Shown here piece by piece: positions 35,279 to 44,586 of a stretch of 64,000 bases of DNA. The notes beneath the pieces were generated by a model. It saw only the letters and a list, made by a program, of their open reading frames with translations. It made no database searches and was not told the DNA's origin. The stretch comes from an uncultured Alphaproteobacteria bacterium (lineage in GTDB: Bacteria; Pseudomonadota; Alphaproteobacteria; Rhizobiales; Xanthobacteraceae). Within the stretch, counting starts at the first letter, position 1; every line of letters starts with the position of its first letter. The translations under genes were made by a program, and so were the position numbers. The stretch is taken from NCBI GenBank assembly GCA_963724735.1, contig CAVRVX010000015.1, positions 10,081 through 74,080 on the forward strand, read 5' to 3'.

Positions 35279-35579
35279 TGTTTTCTCCTCATGCGTCGCC
35301 CTGGCCATTGCGCCGGCGATCCCGATCGACGGAACGCCGTGCGGCGCCAATCCATTCGCGCGCCCGCTCCCGAACCCGCTGCATTGGCTTTGAAAAAAAT
35401 GCTGCAACGAGTCTGATTGTCAATCGCGCCTTGACGATACGCGCTCGGACCGAACCATCCTTCGCAGCCGCGAGCAGACGCAATTCATCGCGGATTGGGA
35501 AAACGCGCGCATGAAGGCTGCGTGAATTCTCAGACTGCACCGTTGTCGGGGCCTGCCGACGCGGCAGGCGACCGCGACT

Positions 35580-36086
35580 TCAAATCGCATCGATCGAATT
35601 CGCCGCTTCGACTTGGCCCTGCAGCCGGATGAGGAATGCGAGCAGCGCCTTGCGTTCACTCGCCGAAAACCCCTCCAGCAGCTTCTTTTCGCGCGCGATT
35701 GCGAGCTTCACGATCTGGTCGTGGAGAGCGACGCCCCGGCGCGTCAGAGCGATGACCTGCCTACGCTGGTCGGCCGCGTCGGGCCTCACCTCGACCAGCC
35801 CGGCCTTTGCGAGGTCATGCACGCTGCGGCTGACCGCCGCCTTGTCCAATCCGGTCGCCGCGCAGATTCGCGCGGCGGAAATCCATGGCTCGGCCGCGAC
35901 CAGCGCCATGATGCGCCAATCGGTGATGCCGACGCCGAAACGCGGGCGATAGATCGCGGACGCGCTCGCGGAGATCTTGCCGGCGAGATAGGTGAGATAG
36001 GCCGGGATGTATTTGTCGAGATCCAGCGCATGCGGCGAGGCGCGCGCGTCGTCGGAGCCTCGGGGCGTGGCAGGTCGTTCGTTCAT
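35580..36086 (-). CDS. MarR family transcriptional regulator
   Basis: TDWRIMA, LDKAAVSRSV and DQRRQVIALT winged HTH; ATGA overlap with the amidohydrolase. Confidence 0.9.
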   Translation of the reverse strand: MNERPATPRGSDDARASPHALDLDKYIPAYLTYLAGKISASASAIYRPRFGVGITDWRIMALVAAEPWISAARICAATGLDKAAVSRSVHDLAKAGLVEVRPDAADQRRQVIALTRRGVALHDQIVKLAIAREKKLLEGFSASERKALLAFLIRLQGQVEAANSIDAI

Positions 36087-37366
36087 TGCTCAGACCCGCT
36101 CGGCGATAAGGGCGAATGAGAAATGTCGGGTTCGCCGGCTACACCGTCGGGCACGGACGCGAGTGCGAAGCCGGCGCGTTCATCCGCGTTCACCGCGACC
36201 CAGCATTCGCCGCGGAGCACGAAGCGGACCCTGCGCAGGGCGGCGGGATCGTCGAACGGCGAGGCGTCAAGCAGGATCAGATCGGCATCGTGGCCCGGCG
36301 CGATCCGCGCCGAGGCCATGCCCCACAACGCGCGCGGCCGGAGGGTGGCCGCCTGTAACACGGCGGCCATCGGGAGGCCGGCCCGCAGCAGGTGCAGGAG
36401 TTCGTCGACCAGCCCTGCCCCGTGCTCGACGCCCGGACTGCCGGCATCGGAGCCCGCAAGCACCGGAACGCCGAGATCATGCGCAAGCGCAAGATGTTTC
36501 GCATGGTCGTCGAGAATGCGGGAAAGATTTGCGACGATCGCCTCGCCCCAGCCGGCATGCCAGGGTTCGGTTCTCTGGAAATGCACGGGTGCGAAGGTCG
36601 GTACCCAGGCGATCTCCTTGTCCGCCATCTGCGCGAGGATATCCCGCGTCATGAAGTAGCCGTGCTCGATCGAGTCGACGCCCGCGGCGACCGCAACCGC
36701 AAGTCCGGCCGTTCCGCTGCAATGGGCGAAGGTCTTGCGACCGTGCGCTCGCGCTTCGGCGACGATCAGGCCCAGCTCGTCGACATCGAATTGCGGCGCG
36801 CCCTTGACGCAGGCTTCGGCGAAATCGACGATCCCGGTCAGGATGATCTTGATATCGTCGCTCCCGCGGCACAGTTCGGCGATGGCTGAACGAATGTCGG
36901 CAGCGCCGGCCACATCCTTGCCGATGAACGCGCCGTACCGCTTCGCCCGTTTGAGCGCCGCCCCGGGGGAGCGCAGCGCGATCGGAGCATCCGTCCGCTC
37001 GGCCAGTTCGTCGCGCAGGGCGTGGTTGACGCCATAGCTGTCGCCGGCGTCGCGCACCACCGTCACGCCCGCGCGCGTGCATTTGGCAAGATTGTCGCGC
37101 GCCGTCGCGAGCATGTCGGCGGGGGTAGCCGCGAGGCGGGCATTGCGTGCGCCCGCATCGCGCAGCGCCCCGTCAAGAAACATATGCGCATGCGCCTCGG
37201 CGAAACCCGGCATGAGAAAGCCGCCCGATATATTCGCGGTCGTCCGAGGCGCTGCGGCTTCGACCCGCGCGATCACGCCGTTGTCGATCGTAACCAGAAC
37301 GGGGCCGCGCCCGAGCGTCGTCTCGCCGTCGAAACACGCACCTGCCAGAATGCGCCGGATCGCCAT
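36083..37366 (-). CDS. Metal-dependent amidohydrolase
   Basis: MPGFAEAHAH, GVTVVRDAG, IKI, AHC, SIEHG and AGSDAG. Confidence 0.88.
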   Translation of the reverse strand: MAIRRILAGACFDGETTLGRGPVLVTIDNGVIARVEAAAPRTTANISGGFLMPGFAEAHAHMFLDGALRDAGARNARLAATPADMLATARDNLAKCTRAGVTVVRDAGDSYGVNHALRDELAERTDAPIALRSPGAALKRAKRYGAFIGKDVAGAADIRSAIAELCRGSDDIKIILTGIVDFAEACVKGAPQFDVDELGLIVAEARAHGRKTFAHCSGTAGLAVAVAAGVDSIEHGYFMTRDILAQMADKEIAWVPTFAPVHFQRTEPWHAGWGEAIVANLSRILDDHAKHLALAHDLGVPVLAGSDAGSPGVEHGAGLVDELLHLLRAGLPMAAVLQAATLRPRALWGMASARIAPGHDADLILLDASPFDDPAALRRVRFVLRGECWVAVNADERAGFALASVPDGVAGEPDISHSPLSPSGSEQ

Positions 37367-37454
37367 TGCCGGGTCCGCTCCGGAGTAGGCTCAACCGCAC
37401 GACCGAGCGTGTCTGTTCGCGGGACGCGCGGCGTCAGGGTCACGACATGGGTCG

Positions 37455-37507
37455 AGGATGCGACGGCTTCGTTGACATGTCAACGATTTTGATTTATGCT
37501 TGAACTA
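37455..37507. promoter_or_regulatory. Overlapping divergent sigma70 promoters built on the palindrome GTTGACATGTCAAC, plus a putative operator
   Basis: Plus strand TTGACA(37472)-N17-TATGCT; minus strand TTGACA(37483)-N17-CATCCT; TTGAACTA half-site at 37500-37507. Confidence 0.65.
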
Positions 37508-37547
37508 ATTCCTGTAAAGTCGCGGCTGTGCGGGGACAGAACGCGTT

Positions 37548-38960
37548 ATGGAAGCGCTGCGCCATTGGAGTGTGCGGCATGCGCGCGGACTGAAGCGCCT
37601 CTACGACGCCTTTTCCCGCCTCGCTCCCGTGCTTGCTCCCTTGATGCGACTGATCGGATCGGCGCAGACCGAACGCCTGCTCAAGCCGGTTGAGCGCGCC
37701 GCCAAGGGATTCTTGTTCGATTGCCGAATGTGCGGCCAGTGCGTGCTCTCGCTCACAGGCATGGCGTGCCCGATGAACTGCGCCAAGAACATGCGGAACG
37801 GGCCGTGCGGCGGCGTGCGGCCCGACGGCGGCTGCGAAGTCATTCCCACGATGCGCTGCGTGTGGGTGGAGGCGACCGACGGACTGCACCGTATCGCCAA
37901 CGGGGAAGGCGAGCGCTCGATGCTGGCGCCGGTCGACCATCGCCAGCAGAGTCGTTCGAGTTGGGTCAAGGTCATCGCCGGCGGGCTGCCGCCGCCGGCG
38001 ATGGAGCAAGCGCCGCCGCGCGCCGGCGCCGTGCATGGCTTCGAGCGCGCCTGCCGCTCCGGCCGCTTCGTCGTCACCGTGGAAGTCGCCCCGCCCGATT
38101 CCGCCGATCCGGCCGTGCTGGTCGCGCGCGCATCCCGGTTCCGCGACCGCGTCGACGCCATCAACATCACCGACGGCGCCGGCGGCAACTGTCACATGTC
38201 GAGCGTCGCGGCCTCGGCCGTGCTCGCCGCCAACGGGTTGACCCCGATCTGGCAGCTCGCCTGCCGCGACCGCAATCGGATTGCAATTCAAGGCGAGTTG
38301 CTCGGCGCGGCGGCGCTCGGCATCCGCAACGTGCTGTGTCTCACCGGCGACGATGTCAGCCAGGGCGACCAACCGGAAGCCAAGCCGGTGTTCGACCTCG
38401 ACGCGGTTTCCCTCCTGCGGGTCGCCCGCAACATGCGCGACCGCGGCGCCTTCGCCTCCGGCCGCAAGCTCGAGGCGCCGCCCGATCTGTTCCTCGGCGC
38501 GACGGTCAATCCGTTCGCGCCGCCGCAACGGGACCGCGTCGCCAATCTGGCGATGAAGATCGCGGCGGGCGCCCAGTTCATCCAGACGCAGTTCTGCTTC
38601 GACATCGACGCCTTTGCCGCGTTCATGCGCGAGGTGCGCGCACGCGAACTGCACAAGCGATGCTTCATCATCGCCGGCGTGGGCATTCTCTCGACCGCCA
38701 AGGCGCTGCGCTGGATGGCCGAGCATGTGCCGGGCGTCCATGTCCCGGAGCCGCTGCTCGCCCGCATCGGAGCCGCCGCCGATCAGCGGGCCGAAGGCAA
38801 GCGAGCGCTGATCGAGATCATGCGCCGTCTTGCCGAGATTGAGGGCGTTGCCGGCGTGCATGTGATGGGTCACAAGAACGAACAGGTGCTGGCCCAGGCT
38901 ATAGTCGAATCGGGATTGCGTCCCTCAACGGAGGTCCAGCCGCTTCGCGCGGAGGCTTGA
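37548..38960 (+). CDS. metF: Methylene-THF reductase with a fused N-terminal MetV-like Cys-rich domain (MetV-MetF fusion)
   Basis: N-terminal DCRMCGQC...CPMNCAK.MRNGPCGG...C...C. C-terminal MTHFR motifs EVAPP, NITD, CRDRN, LTGD and AQFIQTQ. Confidence 0.88.
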   Translation: MEALRHWSVRHARGLKRLYDAFSRLAPVLAPLMRLIGSAQTERLLKPVERAAKGFLFDCRMCGQCVLSLTGMACPMNCAKNMRNGPCGGVRPDGGCEVIPTMRCVWVEATDGLHRIANGEGERSMLAPVDHRQQSRSSWVKVIAGGLPPPAMEQAPPRAGAVHGFERACRSGRFVVTVEVAPPDSADPAVLVARASRFRDRVDAINITDGAGGNCHMSSVAASAVLAANGLTPIWQLACRDRNRIAIQGELLGAAALGIRNVLCLTGDDVSQGDQPEAKPVFDLDAVSLLRVARNMRDRGAFASGRKLEAPPDLFLGATVNPFAPPQRDRVANLAMKIAAGAQFIQTQFCFDIDAFAAFMREVRARELHKRCFIIAGVGILSTAKALRWMAEHVPGVHVPEPLLARIGAAADQRAEGKRALIEIMRRLAEIEGVAGVHVMGHKNEQVLAQAIVESGLRPSTEVQPLRAEA

Positions 38961-38988
38961 TCACAGTAGAAAAGATAAAGGGGGAAAC

Positions 38989-39651
38989 ATGAGCGAGATG
39001 ACAGCCCAGGAGAAGCAGCTCGTCGAGTGGCTCGCCGACATGAACGAGGATGAAGGCGTCGCGCTCGCCAAGCGCATGCTGCTCGAAGAGGGCGCCGACC
39101 CGATGCGCGTGCTCGATCTTTGCCGCACCGCCATGGACATGGTCGGCAAGCGCTTTGCGGAGGGCGAGTATTTTCTTCCTGAGCTGGTGCTCGCGGGCGA
39201 GATGCTGGACACCATTGGCGCGGTCGCCAAACCGTTAATCAAGCAGAGCGCAGGCGGCGAGCCGCAGCGGCTGGCCCGCGTGCTGATCGGCACTGTGCAC
39301 GGCGACCTGCACGATATCGGCAAGAACATCGTCACCTTCATGCTCGACATCAACGGCTTCGAGGTAAGGGACATCGGCGTCGACGTGCCGGCGGCGACCT
39401 TTATCGACGAAATCAACGATTTCAAGCCGCAGGTGGTCGGACTCTCCGGCTTCCTGACGCTCGCCTTCGATTCGATGAAGGAGACGATTGACGCGATCGC
39501 GAGCGCCGGCCTGCGCAACAACATGAAGATCATGATCGGCGGCGGCCAGATCGACGAAACGGTGCGCGCCTACACCGGCGCCGACGCGTTCGGGACGAAC
39601 GCGGTCGACGCCGTGACCCTGTGCAAGGGTTGGGCGGGGGTCGCCGCATGA
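38989..39651 (+). CDS. Standalone corrinoid (cobalamin-binding) protein
   Basis: B12 cap domain plus GTVHGDLHDIGKN (DxHxxG), VGLSG and IGGG. Confidence 0.93.
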   Translation: MSEMTAQEKQLVEWLADMNEDEGVALAKRMLLEEGADPMRVLDLCRTAMDMVGKRFAEGEYFLPELVLAGEMLDTIGAVAKPLIKQSAGGEPQRLARVLIGTVHGDLHDIGKNIVTFMLDINGFEVRDIGVDVPAATFIDEINDFKPQVVGLSGFLTLAFDSMKETIDAIASAGLRNNMKIMIGGGQIDETVRAYTGADAFGTNAVDAVTLCKGWAGVAA

Positions 39652-40919
39652 ACGCGCCCGCGACCTATACGCAAACCGCGGCGGCGAAAGCAGCCTATGA
39701 CGCGCGTTGGCAACGCGTCATGGATTGCGTCGCGCTCAAGCAGCCGGACCGCATGCCCACCGCAATGGTCGCGACCTTCTGGCTCGCGCGCTATGGCGGC
39801 ATCAGCTATCGCCAGCTGATGTACGACTACGAGAAGACCAAGGAGATCATCGAGCGGGCGATCCTCGAATTCGAGCCCGATGCGCCGGGACCGATGGTGC
39901 TCGGAATCGTCAGCGGCCCGTCGCTCGAAGCGGTCGGCTATAAGCAGTTGCAATGGCCTGGTCACGGCGTGCGCGATGATCAGCCCTATCAGTACCTCGA
40001 CCGCGAATACATGATGGCGGACGAGTACGAGGAGTTCCTGTTCGACCCGACCGGCTTCTATCTGCAGAAATATCTGCCGCGCGTCGGCGAAGCTTTCGAA
40101 GGCGTCGAGGAACTCGCCTATCTCCCCGGCCTCCAATACTTTCGACTGATCGGCGCTGTCCGCACCTTCTCGCGCCCGCGCGTGCGCAAGGCGCTGGAAG
40201 CGCTGATGAGGGCCGGCGAGGAGGTCGAGCGATGGGGTCGGCACCATCAGGATTTCGTCGAGCGCATGGCCGCGCACGGCTTCCCCATGGGTTATATCAG
40301 CACCTCGATTTCGCCCTATGACTTGATCGCCGATTACTTCCGCGGCGCCACCGGCATGATGAAGGACCTGTTCCGCAACAAGGACAAGCTACTGGCGCTG
40401 CTCGACAAGGCGGCGACCTTCCTCATCCGCCAAGCAAGCCAAGCGTTCAGGGCTTCCGGCAATCCGGTCGTGTTCATCCCGATCCATTGGGCGCCGGACG
40501 CTTTCATGTCGCAGAAGCAGTTCGAGACCTTCTGGTGGCCGTCGTTCCGCAAGATGCTGCTCGGCCTGATCGAAAGCGGCATCATTCCGATGCCGCTGTG
40601 GGAGGCCGATTGCACCAAGCGGCTGGAGACGATCCGCGACATCCCGCCCGGCAAGTGCATCTACTGGTTCGAGCGCACCGACATGGTCCGCGCCTTCGAA
40701 GTGCTGGGCGACGTGGTGGCGCTGCGCGGCAACGTCTCGCCGTCGCTACTCACTACGGGAACGCCCGATGAGGTCGATGCCGCGGTGCGCCATCTTGCCG
40801 AGAACGTGTTCCACAAGGGCGGCAAGCTGATACTCGACGGCGCGTTCGGCATTCCCGACGAGACGCCGGTGGAGAACGTCCGCGCGATGTTCGCCGCTGC
40901 GCGCAAGTACGCAAGTTGA
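39648..40919 (+). CDS. UroD-fold substrate:corrinoid methyltransferase (MT1, aryl-methyl-ether type)
   Basis: KQPDRMP, WPG.G, EYMMADEY, PYD.IAD.FRG, FIPIH, FMSQKQFE.FWWP, GNV and GG.LILD; ATGA-coupled to the corrinoid protein gene. Confidence 0.75.
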   Translation: MNAPATYTQTAAAKAAYDARWQRVMDCVALKQPDRMPTAMVATFWLARYGGISYRQLMYDYEKTKEIIERAILEFEPDAPGPMVLGIVSGPSLEAVGYKQLQWPGHGVRDDQPYQYLDREYMMADEYEEFLFDPTGFYLQKYLPRVGEAFEGVEELAYLPGLQYFRLIGAVRTFSRPRVRKALEALMRAGEEVERWGRHHQDFVERMAAHGFPMGYISTSISPYDLIADYFRGATGMMKDLFRNKDKLLALLDKAATFLIRQASQAFRASGNPVVFIPIHWAPDAFMSQKQFETFWWPSFRKMLLGLIESGIIPMPLWEADCTKRLETIRDIPPGKCIYWFERTDMVRAFEVLGDVVALRGNVSPSLLTTGTPDEVDAAVRHLAENVFHKGGKLILDGAFGIPDETPVENVRAMFAAARKYAS

Positions 40920-40929
40920 GAGCAAGACC

Positions 40930-41613
40930 ATGCGAAGCGCGGCCGTAAGGGCATTGCTGCGCGAGGCCGCCGAAGCGGAGGAACGCGACGTGCGACCGCG
41001 GCGGCCCAGCCGCTTCCTCCGCGCGGCGCATGACATGGCGGAGCACGACGCTCTACTCGCACCCGCTCTCCGCTTCGCGATCGTCGATCTCGAACGGCCG
41101 GCCGCGGAGACCCTCTACGCGGGCGGCCTCGAGCTTTACGCGCCGCGCCTTCTGCCGGCCGCCGGCGAGTTGACCGCGCTCGCCTGCGGGGTCGCGACCA
41201 TCGGCGCCCGCCTGGAGCAGCGGGTCACCGTCCTGTTCGCGGAGCGCCGCGCGTCCCTCGCCCTCGCCCTCGACGCTCTCGGCAATCGCTGCCTCCATAT
41301 CTTGTCGCGCTGCCTCCAGGACCGCATGCTCGTCAGCACTCGCGATCGCGGGCTCGTTCTTTCTGGGGAGCTGCGCCCGGGCGACCCCGGACTTGCGCTC
41401 GATGCGCAGACGACCGTGCTGCGCCTCGCCGACGCCGCCGCGATCGGCGTGCAGGCGACGCACGGGCTTGCGCTGCATCCGCTCAAATCGATCTCGATGA
41501 TGCTGGGCGCAGGCCGCGGCCTGCCCCCCGCCCGTTGGTCGCGCTGCGACGATTGCCGCTCCCGCCCGCGCTGCAAGCTCGTCGCGCACCACCCGGAGAT
41601 GGCGAGCGCCTGA
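40930..41613 (+). CDS. Standalone methionine-synthase reactivation-domain-like protein
   Basis: VATIGARLEQ, ALDALG, PG...L..Q, PLKSIS...G and a C-terminal CDDC...C pattern. Confidence 0.65.
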   Translation: MRSAAVRALLREAAEAEERDVRPRRPSRFLRAAHDMAEHDALLAPALRFAIVDLERPAAETLYAGGLELYAPRLLPAAGELTALACGVATIGARLEQRVTVLFAERRASLALALDALGNRCLHILSRCLQDRMLVSTRDRGLVLSGELRPGDPGLALDAQTTVLRLADAAAIGVQATHGLALHPLKSISMMLGAGRGLPPARWSRCDDCRSRPRCKLVAHHPEMASA

Positions 41614-41633
41614 CCGCAGGCTGAAGGAGCCGC

Positions 41634-43475
41634 ATGCCGCATCGCCCGCCCGCCTCGTCGACCGCCACGCATGCGCTGCGCTTTCCGCAATTCGAGCGGC
41701 AGATCGTCGCCCATGCCGAGGAGACCGTTTTTCACTCCGCGCGGCGCAGCGGTGTGCGCATCATTGGGGCCTGCGGCGGGCGCGGCGTCTGCGGGACCTG
41801 CAAGGTTCTGGTCGCCGAAGGTCTCGTGGAGCCCATCGAGCGCCGCCCGTTGCGGCCGTCCGACCCCAGGGATGACCCGCGTGCGCGCTGGGTGCGCGCA
41901 TGCCAAGTCGTCCCGCGTTCCGACTGCACCCTTGAGGTCGATCGGCGTTCGCTCGCGCCGATCGTGCGCGCGGATATCGATTCCGATGAGACCGGCGAGA
42001 CGCTGCCGCTCGACCCTGTGGTGATCAGCATCGATGTTTCGGTCCCGCCCCCCTCTCTCACCGACCCCCGTTCCGACGCGGACCACGTCGCACGCGCATC
42101 GCCCCTGCTGCTGACCGGCATCGATCTCGGCGCCGCGCGCGAACTGCCAAGCCTGTTGCGCGCTGGAGATTGGTCGGTCCGCCTGCATGCGCGCGACGGC
42201 GAAGCGATCGCCTTCGCACCGACCGGGCGGCCGACGCTCGGTCTTGCCGTCGATTTCGGCACCACCAATGTCGCTGGTTTTCTCATCGATCTTGCGATGG
42301 GAACGCGCCTTGCAAGCCTCGGGATCGAGAACCCCCAGGTCGGCTGGGGCGCCGACGTGATCAGCCGTATCAATCATGCCATTCGCGACGAGGCCGCCGC
42401 CGACGAGCTGCGCGCAGCCGCAGTCGCCGCCATCAACGCGCTCGCGCATGACCTCTCCCAGGCGGCGGGAGCGCGGCCAGCGGACATCGTCGATCTGGCT
42501 GTATGCGGCAACACGGCGATGCATCATCTGCTGCTCGGCTTGCCGGTGCGCCAGCTCGGCCGCGCGCCCTTCGTCGCTGCGCTCAGCGAGGCGATCGACG
42601 CGAAGGCGCGCGACCTGGGCATTGCGGCCGCGGCCGGCGCCTATCTCCATGTTGCAGCGAATATTGGCGGCTTTGTCGGCGGCGACCACGTCGCGGCGCT
42701 GCTCGCGACCGAGCCGTCATGGGCGAACGCAGCAGCAACGCTCGTGATGGATATCGGCACCAACACCGAGATCTCCCTCATTCATCGCGATGAGATCGTC
42801 ACCGCGTCGTGTCCGTCAGGACCAGCGCTCGAGGGCGGCCATTTATCTTGCGGCATGCGCGCGGCGGACGGCGCGATCGAACGCGTCGCAATTGCGCCGG
42901 ACGGAATCGACATAGAGGTGATCGGCGGAAAGAAACCGGTCGGCCTGTGCGGCTCCGGCGTGCTCGACGTGGTTGCGGGCCTGCGTTGCGCTGGCCTGCT
43001 CGACAGCGGCGGCCGGCTTCAGGCTGCTCACCCGAATATCTCCGCGATCAAGGGCAAGCGCGTATTCGCGCTCGCGCCCGAGGTCCATGTCACGCAGGCG
43101 GATATCCGGGCCGTGCAGCTCGCCAAGGCCGCGATCCGCACCGGGATCGACCTCTTGCTGCGCATGGCAAGCCTCGACGAAAACGCGATCGAGCGCGTCG
43201 TCATCGCCGGCGCATTCGGAAGCTATATCGATGTGCGCAGCGCCGTCGCGGTCGGGTTGCTTCCCGACCTGCCGGCGGAGCGCTTTTCCCAGGTCGGCAA
43301 CGCGGCGGGTCTCGGCGTGCGCCAGATGCTGACCTCGCGGCAGGCGCGGGCGCGCGCGCGCGCGCTTGCCGGCCGCTGCCGTTATGTCGAACTCAGCACC
43401 CGCACCGATTTCCAAAAAACCTTCATGCACAATATCGGCTTCAGGAAACCCGTCGAGGCGCGGAGAGCATCGTGA
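41634..43475 (+). CDS. RACE/RamA-type ATP-dependent reductive activator of corrinoid enzymes (2Fe-2S + ASKHA)
   Basis: ACGGRGVCGTC...RACQ ferredoxin motif; VDFGTT, GADVISRI, CGNTAM, DIGTNTE, GPALEG, CGSG, AGAFG and GNAA. Confidence 0.92.
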   Translation: MPHRPPASSTATHALRFPQFERQIVAHAEETVFHSARRSGVRIIGACGGRGVCGTCKVLVAEGLVEPIERRPLRPSDPRDDPRARWVRACQVVPRSDCTLEVDRRSLAPIVRADIDSDETGETLPLDPVVISIDVSVPPPSLTDPRSDADHVARASPLLLTGIDLGAARELPSLLRAGDWSVRLHARDGEAIAFAPTGRPTLGLAVDFGTTNVAGFLIDLAMGTRLASLGIENPQVGWGADVISRINHAIRDEAAADELRAAAVAAINALAHDLSQAAGARPADIVDLAVCGNTAMHHLLLGLPVRQLGRAPFVAALSEAIDAKARDLGIAAAAGAYLHVAANIGGFVGGDHVAALLATEPSWANAAATLVMDIGTNTEISLIHRDEIVTASCPSGPALEGGHLSCGMRAADGAIERVAIAPDGIDIEVIGGKKPVGLCGSGVLDVVAGLRCAGLLDSGGRLQAAHPNISAIKGKRVFALAPEVHVTQADIRAVQLAKAAIRTGIDLLLRMASLDENAIERVVIAGAFGSYIDVRSAVAVGLLPDLPAERFSQVGNAAGLGVRQMLTSRQARARARALAGRCRYVELSTRTDFQKTFMHNIGFRKPVEARRAS

Positions 43476-44362
43476 CGCAATCGGACAAATTCGACCTCAT
43501 CGTCGTCGGTGACCGCATCAATCCCGGCTTCAAGAGCGTGCGGACGCTGGTCGACAACAATGACATTCCCGGCATTCAGGCGCTCGCCATCAAGCAGGTC
43601 GAGGCGGGCGCGCGCTATCTCGACGTCACCATCGGACCGCGCGCGATCGACGACTCCGCGTTCTTGACGGAGGTGATCCGCGCCATCCAGGGAGTCGTCA
43701 AGGCGCCGCTCTGCTTCGATTTCCCGACCGCGGCGGTGCAGGCCGTATGCCTCGGCGCCTATGACCGCGCCCGCGCGGACGGCGCGCTTCCGCTCGTCAA
43801 CTCGATCACCGAGCATCGCTGGGATCTGATGGACCTGTACCGTCCGCTCGGGCCCTTCAAGGTCATCGTCATGGCTTCCGAGCGCGTCGATGACGAGGTC
43901 GCCAAGCCGAACAAGACCGCCGCGGAGATTTTCACCACCGCGCGCCGCGCGGCGCTCCGGCTCAAGTCGGATTACGGGATGACGATGGACGATATCTTCA
44001 TCGACATCTCCATCAGCGCGGTGGTGGCCGACACGACCGGACTGCACCGCGCCACCCTCGCCGCAATCCGCGACATCCGCGCCGACCCCGAGCTCGCGGG
44101 CATCCACATCATGGGCGGGCTCACCAATATCGGCGGGCAACTTCCGGCCAAGGCGGCCAACGGCTCCGACCTGAAGCTCGGGCTCGAATGCGCTTTCCTC
44201 ACGCTTGCCGTGCCGCTCGGCTTCGATACGGTCCTGGCGACGCCCTGGCGCGCCTACCGGCCGCTGCCGGACGACGATTACATCCTCTGCGCGTACAAAA
44301 ACTTCCTCGAGCACACGGGCAGCAACGCGCTGCGCGCCGTGCGCAAGTTCTACAAGGCGTGA
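43472..44362 (+). CDS. Pterin-binding corrinoid:tetrahydrofolate methyltransferase (MT2, AcsE/MtvA/CmuB-like)
   Basis: VGDRINP, GARYLDV, LVNS, IFID and GGLTNI form a DHPS-like TIM barrel; GTGA overlap with the RACE gene. Confidence 0.8.
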   Translation: MTQSDKFDLIVVGDRINPGFKSVRTLVDNNDIPGIQALAIKQVEAGARYLDVTIGPRAIDDSAFLTEVIRAIQGVVKAPLCFDFPTAAVQAVCLGAYDRARADGALPLVNSITEHRWDLMDLYRPLGPFKVIVMASERVDDEVAKPNKTAAEIFTTARRAALRLKSDYGMTMDDIFIDISISAVVADTTGLHRATLAAIRDIRADPELAGIHIMGGLTNIGGQLPAKAANGSDLKLGLECAFLTLAVPLGFDTVLATPWRAYRPLPDDDYILCAYKNFLEHTGSNALRAVRKFYKA

Positions 44363-44390
44363 CCGCGAGCGCAAATGGGCCGTGCGGCGG

Positions 44391-44441
44391 CGCGCAACCC
44401 CCTCCCCAACCCTCCCCGCTTGCGGGGGAGGGAGTTGCGCG
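44391..44441. repeat. REP-like extragenic palindrome at the end of the methyltransferase operon
   Basis: cgcgcaac...ccctccccgc-tt-gcgggggaggg...gttgcgcg, a nested hairpin of the CCCTCCCC/GGGGAGGG type. Confidence 0.65.
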
Positions 44442-44545
44442 TGAGCGCGACGGGTGGGGGCAAAGCTGTGTGCACTTTTCAACCGCTCTGGTATCGCGCG
44501 AGCGGACGCCCCAGATCGAAAACGCGCCAGGGCCGCGCGCGGTAT

Positions 44546-44559
44546 TTGACATCGATCAA
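44546..44559. promoter_or_regulatory. FNR/FixK-like box upstream of the ABC transporter operon
   Basis: TTGAC-ATCG-ATCAA, one mismatch to TTGAT-N4-ATCAA. Confidence 0.55.
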
Positions 44560-44586
44560 CGACGTTCGTTCTCGCGCTCGTGAAAA

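Noticed and set aside
37367-37547. Cobalamin riboswitch upstream of the corrinoid operon (44363-44817 also checked)
   Set aside because: I could not find the conserved B12-box elements by eye; a covariance search would be needed to exclude one fully.
42809-44362. 517-aa ORF as a fusion protein
   Set aside because: The first 221 codons overlap the RACE gene out of frame; the real start is the GTG at 43472.
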